A stretch of DNA of 64,000 nt, taken from contig CBDCNQ010000004.1 of the NCBI GenBank assembly GCA_965219445.1, forward strand, positions 96,001 to 160,000, in the 5' to 3' direction. A program made the position numbers and the translations under genes. The notes under the pieces were generated by a model, which saw only the letters and a program-made list of their open reading frames with translations, searched no databases and was not told where the DNA came from. Shown piece by piece: positions 29,427-37,500 of this stretch. This stretch comes from Longimicrobiales bacterium. GTDB lineage: Bacteria; Gemmatimonadota; Gemmatimonadetes; Longimicrobiales; Gaopeijiaceae. How positions within the stretch are numbered: the stretch's first letter is position 1; each line of letters opens with the position of its first letter.

Positions 29427-31079
29427 TCACCGTTCGGCGAGAATCTGATGCATGAACGACACGGACACCGAACCCTCCCCCACGGCCGAGGCGACCCTCT
29501 TCACGGAATCGTGGCGGGCATCCCCGCACGCGAACACACCCGGCACGTTGGTCTCCAGCATGAAGGGCTCTCGCTCGAGGGGCCAGTCCCGAAGATGGAC
29601 CTTGGGATCCAGGTCCGGCCCCGTGAGGACAAAGCCCCGCTCGTCACATGCGACGAGCCCGTCGAGCCACTGTGTGTGCGGCGCCGCTCCAAGGAAGGCG
29701 AAGAGGTACTCCGCCGGAACAGACTCGACGGCCCCGCTCGCCTTCGAACGGAGGTCCAGACCCTCGAGCCGTGTCAATCCCTGACACTCTGCGATTTCCG
29801 TGTTGAGGCGCACCTCGATGTTTTCGGTCGACTCGATACGACGCACCAGGTAGTGTGACATCTTGGCGCTGAGCGAATCACCGCGGACCAGCATGACCAC
29901 TTTGCTCGCGTGATCCTTGAAATACATCGCTGCCTGGCCGGCCGAGTTCCCCGCGCCCACCATGAATACCGTCTGTCCGCTCGCGAGCATCGCTTCTGTC
30001 ATGGCCGCGCCGTAGTAGACGCCCGCCCCGACGAAACGATCGGCGTTCTCTGCTGGGAGCAGCGTCCAGGACACGCCCACGGAGAGCATGAGGACGTGGC
30101 AGGAGAGCTCGGATCCATCGGCCATTGTCAGATATTTGTAGGGACCGTCGATCCGGAGTCCGACAGCCTCCTGGGGCGTGAGGACCTCGACACCGAACCT
30201 GCGGGCCTGGGCCACAGCGCGGCGGGCCAGGTCGCCCCCCGACAGCCCCGAAGGGAACCCTAGATAGTTTTCGATATAACTGCTCGTACCCGCCTGCCCT
30301 CCCGGTGCCTCCCTCTCAATGAGGACCGTCCGAAGGCCCTCCGATCCACCGTACACGGCCGAGGCGAGTCCGCCCGGACCCGCTCCGACGATCACCAGGT
30401 CATAGAAATCCTTCTTCGCTTTTGTCTCGAGTCCGATATGCTCCGCGAGGGTCGTCGGGTCGGGCCTGATGAGCCGCTCCCCGCCTGGCAGAATGACCAG
30501 AGGCAACTCCTCCGTGTCAACCGAGTCGCCAAGCTCACGGGCCTCCTCCGAGGTTTCGATGTCGAGGAATTGGTATGGAACCTGATTCCGGGCGAGGAAA
30601 TCCCTCACGGAATGACAGCGCGCCGACCACCGATCCCCAACCACACGCAGCCCGCCGTACCCCGGCCGATAGGACGCCCGCCACTCCTCCAACATGTCGT
30701 CGAGCACCGGGAAGAGCTTCTCTTCCGGAGGATCCCACGGCTTCACCAGGTAATAATGGACCTGAGACTGGTTTATTGCGGCGATCGCCGCCTCCGTGTC
30801 TGCATAGGCGGTGATCACGACGCGCTTGGCTTTCGGATAATCTTCCGCGGCCCGGGAGAGGAAGGTCACCCCATCCATCCCGGGCATTCGTTGGTCCGAA
30901 AGGAGCAGGGCTACCGGCGTACCCCTCTCCTTCAATTCACGTAGAACCTCCAGGGCAGCCACGCCCGATTCGGCACGCAATACGCGGAAGTCCTGTCCAT
31001 ACTTGGTGCGCAGGTCTCGGGCGATCGCGTTCAGGACGTCGCTGTCGTCATCGACAGCGAGAAGGATTGGCTTGGCCAT
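29427..31079 (-). CDS. Response-regulator receiver / thioredoxin-reductase-like FAD oxidoreductase fusion
   Basis: LAVDDD, LSDQRMP and KPW (receiver); VIVGAGPGG, GAGNSAGQAA, GVFACGDAR. Confidence 0.92.
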   Translation of the reverse strand: MAKPILLAVDDDSDVLNAIARDLRTKYGQDFRVLRAESGVAALEVLRELKERGTPVALLLSDQRMPGMDGVTFLSRAAEDYPKAKRVVITAYADTEAAIAAINQSQVHYYLVKPWDPPEEKLFPVLDDMLEEWRASYRPGYGGLRVVGDRWSARCHSVRDFLARNQVPYQFLDIETSEEARELGDSVDTEELPLVILPGGERLIRPDPTTLAEHIGLETKAKKDFYDLVIVGAGPGGLASAVYGGSEGLRTVLIEREAPGGQAGTSSYIENYLGFPSGLSGGDLARRAVAQARRFGVEVLTPQEAVGLRIDGPYKYLTMADGSELSCHVLMLSVGVSWTLLPAENADRFVGAGVYYGAAMTEAMLASGQTVFMVGAGNSAGQAAMYFKDHASKVVMLVRGDSLSAKMSHYLVRRIESTENIEVRLNTEIAECQGLTRLEGLDLRSKASGAVESVPAEYLFAFLGAAPHTQWLDGLVACDERGFVLTGPDLDPKVHLRDWPLEREPFMLETNVPGVFACGDARHDSVKRVASAVGEGSVSVSFMHQILAER

Positions 31080-31120
31080 GGGGGGCAAGCTGTCGATTTA
31101 AGCCGGTGCCGGGCAAGGGG

Positions 31121-32044
31121 CTAGTCTTCCAGCCGGGAGCCCGGCGTCGCATCCCCGTCCTCGAGACCGAGCGCCCACCGGATCCCGCCCACCACGTGGG
31201 CCCGAAAGGTCGGATTGGTACTCCAGATGTCGTCACGGTGGCCGAGCGCCGTATAAAATGAGCGACCATTGCCGAAATCCTGTACCCAGGACTGAGGATA
31301 GTCGCCGCCCTGCTCGATCTCCTCGAGCCCCTCGAGGTCCGTCGCACGCGTGTCGATGCTCAGCAGAACACGAACCCGATCCCGAGAGAAGCCCAGGGGA
31401 ATCCGGTTGCCGAACAGTACGTCGACGTTCTCATCGGGTCTGTCGGCGCTCCACGCCGCGGTGCCGAACTGATAGAACTCGTCGACCACGGTCCAGCTCC
31501 CGCCCAACATCCTTGTCGCCGGATGTTGGCGGTCTTCGACGTTCAGGACGAAGACGTGGTTCTGCTGCACCGCGCGCCTGAAGTACGCACCGAGCATCTC
31601 ACCGAAGTCGGGATAGTTGTAAAGCGTCAGCGCCGCGCAGTGAACGCCGATGAACGCACCCCCCTGCCTCACGAAGTCCACGAGCGCCCGCTTCTGCACC
31701 TCGTCGAGCGGCAGGTTTCCGTTGGTCATCATCATCACGCCATCGAACTGAGCGAGGTACTCCGCCGTGATGATCGACAAATCGAGCTCCTCGCGCTCCT
31801 GCAGGTAGCCCTGAAGGGCGGTAAGCTCGTAGCCGGCGTCCGGTCCCCATGATGCGACAGCCCGCTCCGCGGGACCGAGGCTCGTGTGCTTGTAGAGCCC
31901 CGCGTGGGTCAGGAAGAGAAGCTTCTTCGGCGTTTGTTGTTCCGGCGCGGCGACCCGACTCGGCTCTGTGACTCGGGCCCCCGACGACGAGACCAACCCG
32001 ACAGTGCAGATGGCGATCAGTCCGGCACTCATCGCAGCGCGCAT
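31121..32044 (-). CDS. Secreted ThuA-domain protein
   Basis: Signal peptide, YKHTS, GGAFIGVHCA, DEFY, GRSFYTALGH. Confidence 0.85.
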   Translation of the reverse strand: MRAAMSAGLIAICTVGLVSSSGARVTEPSRVAAPEQQTPKKLLFLTHAGLYKHTSLGPAERAVASWGPDAGYELTALQGYLQEREELDLSIITAEYLAQFDGVMMMTNGNLPLDEVQKRALVDFVRQGGAFIGVHCAALTLYNYPDFGEMLGAYFRRAVQQNHVFVLNVEDRQHPATRMLGGSWTVVDEFYQFGTAAWSADRPDENVDVLFGNRIPLGFSRDRVRVLLSIDTRATDLEGLEEIEQGGDYPQSWVQDFGNGRSFYTALGHRDDIWSTNPTFRAHVVGGIRWALGLEDGDATPGSRLED

Positions 32045-32163
32045 GAATTTCTCCTCGATTGGGCTCCGACGTGGACGACAACCGAGGTCTTAAGATGTGG
32101 AGTCGGGCGGGAAACGCCAGCACGAGAGGGGCTGAAGCGCTATCGGGGTCGTGGAGCCGTTCC

Positions 32164-32739
32164 TCAGCCCCCGGGGCCGGCCTCCTTCAGCGCGCCATAC
32201 CGGACCTGAAACGCCGCGGCTACCCTGGCGTCGGGCTGAATGTGGCCGCGCACCGTCCACCGGATGTCCGTGTAATCCTCCGGACTAGCGGGACGTTGCT
32301 CGGTTCGGCCGTCGACGACCACCTCGACCATGGGCTGTTCGGAGTAGGACGTGCCGCCGTCCAATGAGAACTCCACGTCGACATCTTCGCGGTCCGCGCC
32401 GGCCGTGCCTGGTAGGTAGTGCATGCCTTCCGGCAGAGGGTCGTTGAATTGGATGTTACTGACCGGACTTCCCGTGATATTGGTGAATACGAGCCGATAC
32501 TCCACCACATCTCCCGACACGATGGTATTGGGGTCTCGCTCCGGGGCGTCGACCGTCTGAGGGCGCGCGTCTCCCCATGTGAGGATCGTCGCCGAGACGA
32601 CCAAGGCCTGGGGCTCCCTCTCCTCCTGGGCCGCCGCGGATCCGCCCGCCAAGGCGAAAAGCATCGCGAGCCACAAGGCGCTCCGTAGGACCTTCAATCT
32701 TCCTCCTGAACGATTTCGGTGTTCGTCCGGCTTCGACAT
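32164..32739 (-). CDS. Small exported single-DUF11-domain protein
   Basis: Signal peptide (SAAA|Q); GDVVEYRLVFTN...NDPLPEGMHY...VEFSLDGG...YTDIRWT...FQVR. Confidence 0.85.
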   Translation of the reverse strand: MSKPDEHRNRSGGRLKVLRSALWLAMLFALAGGSAAAQEEREPQALVVSATILTWGDARPQTVDAPERDPNTIVSGDVVEYRLVFTNITGSPVSNIQFNDPLPEGMHYLPGTAGADREDVDVEFSLDGGTSYSEQPMVEVVVDGRTEQRPASPEDYTDIRWTVRGHIQPDARVAAAFQVRYGALKEAGPGG

Positions 32740-33259
32740 CGGGACGACTCCTGATCAACTGTTTCCACCCCAACCACCCCGAAAACTCAAGCCCGGTGAG
32801 GCCATTCTCCCGAGCCCACCCGGACCCCCGGGCTGCCTCTCGTACGTGAGGCAAGGTCCGTGCCCCACCCCACTCGTCGCTCGCCAGTAGGCACTGGAGG
32901 CCACTGACAACGCTCGCACGAAGCCGACGAACGTTCAATGGCGAGGCCCACCAAGGATGATCCAGACCCGGAAAATTTTTCCTCCTTCGGCCACAAAATG
33001 CCCACAGCACAATTTACCGATTTCTGTCCCTTAGGGCCCCAAAAAATGACGAATTTCGGGCCCTCCCGACCCCGTATAAGCGCCCCTCCTAAATTCGTGT
33101 AAATAGTTGTCAATAAACGTCTTAAGTAGACAAAAAACATATGGTTATAAGGTGTTCTCGGCTTTGGCACCTGAGCGGTCCACACCTTGCAAAAAAAAGG
33201 GCAACGACATTCACATGCGCCCGCGAGGAGGCGGGCGAACGACGGAGGAGAGAACGGAA
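32740..33259. promoter_or_regulatory. AT-rich divergent intergenic control region of the DUF11 locus
   Basis: 520-bp gap between divergent genes; visibly AT-rich at ~32970-33200 with several A-tracts; GGAGGAG RBS before 33260. Confidence 0.55.
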
Positions 33260-34506
33260 ATGAAAACGCACTCGAACCTGGCATCTCGAGTCTTGGGGAT
33301 GCTAGCGATAGTAGCGGCGGTCGGCTGGCTTCAGCCTACCGCGGTCTACGGCCAGACGGCCGAAGGCGTAGTCATCACCAACCGCGCCACGGTCACATTC
33401 ACCGACGCGAACAGCAACGCTTACTCGTCCGTGTTTGACGAGGTAGACGTGACGGTTGGCCACAGTGCCGGCATCGACGTGGTGGCGGCACAGGCCACGG
33501 CCACGCCGATCTCGCCGAGCGCAAACAACACGCTGGACTTCACGGTCAACAACATCGGAAACGGCCCCGACAGCGTGACCGTCGCCGAGAGCAACACGGA
33601 CCCCACGGTCCTGACGGTGACGAAGTACACCTACAACCTCACGGACTACGCGAGTCTCGCCTTGCTGAACACGGCGCTGGCGGGGGTCTCCATCGCAGCC
33701 GGAGGCAATGTGGCGATCACGGTCGAGTACTCCATCGCGGCGGGTAAGGGCGGCGAGCCGTCGACCTACACGCTGACGGGTACCTCGCGCCGCGACGGTA
33801 GCGCGACGGACAACGACAACACGGTCGTAACCCCAGCGCTCACGGGCACCGTGGTCACGACGCCGGACGGCGGGCAGAGCCTCACACATCTGCCGAGTAA
33901 CGGCACGAACTACACGTTCCAGTTCACCGTGACGAACAACCAGACCGGAGCGGAGCGGACGACTTCGACCTGCTCGCAACGAGCCCCGGCTCGGCGGTCA
34001 TCACCATCGTGTCGGTGGACGGGTTCGCGGGAGACAGCACCCGGGTGAACATCGCGGCGTCGGCTTCACCGACGTTCGACGTGATCTACTCCGTGGCCGA
34101 CGTGGCCGCCGGAACCCCCGACACGCTCTACCTGGAAGCCCGCTCCGTAACCACCCCGGCTACGACGGATTCCGGCTTCGCCGACATGTCGGTCATCAAG
34201 GCGGCCATGAGCATCACGAAGGCGGCGTACCGGGATAACCAGGTCACGCTCCTCGGCGGCGGCGACACCGTGCTGCCGGGTGAGTTCATCCAGTACCTAG
34301 TCACCGTCACGAACACCGGAACGGCCGACGCGTCCATCGTGCATGTGGACGACCTGTTACCGGCTGAGCTGACGTACGATTCAGCGACAGGGGACTTGGC
34401 GGGCTGGACCTTTACGCCGTCGGGCAACGACTTGGATGCCGATCTAGCCGGCACCCTCGCTCCCGCTGCCAGCCGATTCTTCTGGATCCGGGTGCAGGTG
34501 AACTAG
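33260..34506 (+). pseudogene. Secreted DUF11 protein (candidate major pilin), frameshifted by a 5-bp duplication
   Basis: Signal peptide, then QTAEGVVITNRATVTF. Removing one CGGAG at 33946-33955 joins ORFs 33107..34048 and 34009..34506 (QTGADDFDLL). C-terminal DUF11 reads ITKA...YLVTVTNTG...DDLLP. Confidence 0.85.
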
Positions 34507-34515
34507 CCAGTACCC

Positions 34516-37500
34516 ATGGAATTCCGTACTTACCTTCGTCGTTGCCTCAGGCAGGCCTCCCTGGACCTTCGGGTCCGGGGAGTCGCGTCCTGGGTGCGTT
34601 GGATCGCCGTCGCGGCGGTCCTTCTCGGCGGAGTCGTAGAAGTGCGCGCCACCGGCACACCCGCCGGTACTCTAGTTACCGCGCGCGCGTCTGTGTCCTA
34701 CACTGGTCCCAACGGCACCCCGGGGAACGTAATGTCTCCCGATGCCATGGTCATGATCGGCCAGGTCGCCGGTGTAGACGTAGAGCCTCCCCGCTCGAGC
34801 CTGGGAGCCGCCGGGACGAGCGTCATTTTCCCCCACACCCTCACCAACGTCGGAAACGGTTCCGACACTTTCGTCCTCACGGCCACGTCTCTCGACGGCT
34901 GGCCGATTCGTATGGTGCTAGACGTCAACGGCAGTGGCACCGAGGATGTGGGCGATACGCCCATCGTAGGGCCTGTCGCCCTGAACGCCGACGCAGTGGC
35001 TCAAATCCTGGTCGTCCTGGACATCCCCTTGGCGGCCCCGGTCAGGGCTCCGCAGCCCGCGGTAACTCTTACCGCCACGTCGCAATTCGACGCTGGTGTG
35101 ACCGACTCGCTGACCGACGACCTAGGGGTCACTCCGCCCGTCCCGACCGTAACGCTTAACAAGACCGTGGACGTCGCATCGGCGGTGGCCGGTGACATCC
35201 TCACCTACACCATCACGTATACAGCGTCGGCACTCGGTTCGAACGACCTCACGATCCAAGACACGATTCCCGCGGGGCTGAGCTACGAGGCCGGTACCCT
35301 GCGCTTGGATACACAGGCCCTCACGGACGTCTCCGGAGACGACGAGGGCCACTACGACCCCACGCCCGGCGTCATCGTCGTCACGGTCCCCGCCGCCGCT
35401 ATCCAGCCAGTGGACAGCGTCTCCTTCCAGGTGCGCGTTCTTCCGGTGCGCACCAGTACCATGATGCAGAACATGGCCGTCGCATCCTCCGGGACCGCCA
35501 GCGACGTCTCGAACGTTTCGCAGACGCTCATCGTCGGCCCCGACCTCACGCTGGAGAAGACGGTTCAAGGGCCCAACCCTGCCCGATCCGGCGACCAGCT
35601 CGTCTACCGCGTCGCGCTGACGAACGATGCCAGCGGCGGACTCGCCGAAGCCGCGCTCGTCACGGACACAGTTCCCGCGGGATTGGAAATCGTGGACGCA
35701 GGGCCGGGCGCCACCGTAGACGGTAACGTGGTCACGTGGGCCTTCGGCGACGTCAACGCCGCCGAGCAGGTCGAGGCTTCGCTCCAGGTGCAGGTCGCTG
35801 CGACCATCCCAGATACCCTTTCGGTGGTGAACGTGGCCAACCTGTCTCTGATGGGACAGCCCCACATGGCGGCGTCCGCCCCTTCGGTCCTTCTGTTGGG
35901 CACTGCGGGAGATATCCTGGCTCTCGACCTCCGCGGTGAGACGCTCGAAGCTCAGCTAGGCGAACCGGTCTACCTCAGCTTCACAGTGGAGAACCGGAGC
36001 AACCTGAACGTCACCGATGTCGGGGTGAGGATCGACATCCCCAGCGGCCTGGCTTTCTCGAGGTCTCTCCAGGAGGTGGACTCGATTCAGACCCAGCCCG
36101 GGCAGGTCACTCTGTATCTCGGGCCCCTCGCCGCAGGCGGCACCCTGGAGGGCCAAGCAGCCTTCGCGCTCGTATCCGCGCTCCCGGGCACCATGGTCAT
36201 CTCGGCGATGGCGTTTGGCCACGTCGGGTCCGTGGCGATGAGCGGCCCGGCACCGCTGGTGGCCGCCCTCACAAGCGGCACGACACCCGTGGGCGCCACG
36301 GCTGCCCTCTCGCACGGCGGCTCTCCGGCCGGTTTCGACGTCCGCTCCGCCCAGCAGCAGATCTTCGTGGGCATCCGGGCAGGCACGCCCCTCGAGACCA
36401 GGACGGTCATCGGGAAGATTTGGATCGACGAGGACGGAAACGGCCGACAGGACGGCGGCGAGCTCGGCGTGCACGGAGTGGCCGTCTGGAACGAATCCGG
36501 GGACGTGTCCTCGTCGGACAGCGAAGGGAAGCTGTCGTTCCGGAACGTGAGGCCAGGAGCCCACACCTTCCGGGTGGATCGCTCGACCCTACCCGTGGCG
36601 CTGCGCGTGAACCCCGAGGGCGACGACGGATTCGCGTCGCTCCATTTAAACGGATGGGCTTCGGGTCGGATTTCCTTCGGGCTGGTCCCTCGGGGTGCAA
36701 GACTCGTGGACTTCCAGGTCCAAACCGAGGATGAGGCCGCCAGCGGGGTCATGAGGCTGGCGGACTACCAGCTCGAGACCGAGAGCGCAGCCACCAATGC
36801 CGGGCTCTCTAGCCTCGAAGCGCCCGCCCCCGACGCCATCGTGCAGAGTGAGCTGGTGTTGGAGCCCCACCGAGCTGGTTGGCCCGAGGTGGCCTATCCG
36901 ATCCCGGAGGGCTGGCTTCCGCTACCCGCCTCGGCTCGCCTGGGCGACACGCCTGTCGACGACCCCGAAATTCGCGTGGACCGGGACGGCTCCGCCTGGA
37001 TGTTCTGGACGCTGGACGGCCTCCGTGAGCCCCTCCACGTGACGTTGGAGCCGGAGAGCGCGGTGCGGAGCGCGGAGACCGTGACGCTCCCGGCCCTCCG
37101 CTCCGCCGAGGACCGGTCCAGGGACGGTGGCTCAGGGATCATCACTGGCCCCGGAGTTGCGCTGATCGCGCCTGTCGACGGCGCCGTGCTGGGCAGTGAC
37201 CGCGTCTACGTTGGCGCACTTGGTGAGCCCGGCGCCCAGGCCACCCTTTTCTCGGGTGATTCCATCCTGGCGGAGAGCGTGATCCGGATAGACGGCCAGG
37301 TGGACTTCATCGGCGTCGGACTGCAGCGTGGGACCAACCGCCTCCGGGTACGCATGGTCAACTCCTGGAACCTCGAGCGGTGGGACAGCCTGGACGTCCA
37401 CGTGACGAGCGTCCCCGCGTCCTTCGCGCCCGTGGCCGACACGATCGCTCTCCCGGCGGACGGCGTCACCATTCGGGAGACGAGAGTCCGCGTCCTGGAC

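Noticed and set aside
33165..33192. Sigma54 promoter for the DUF11 operon (TGGCAC ... TTGC)
   Set aside because: The spacing is far longer than the required -24/-12 geometry.
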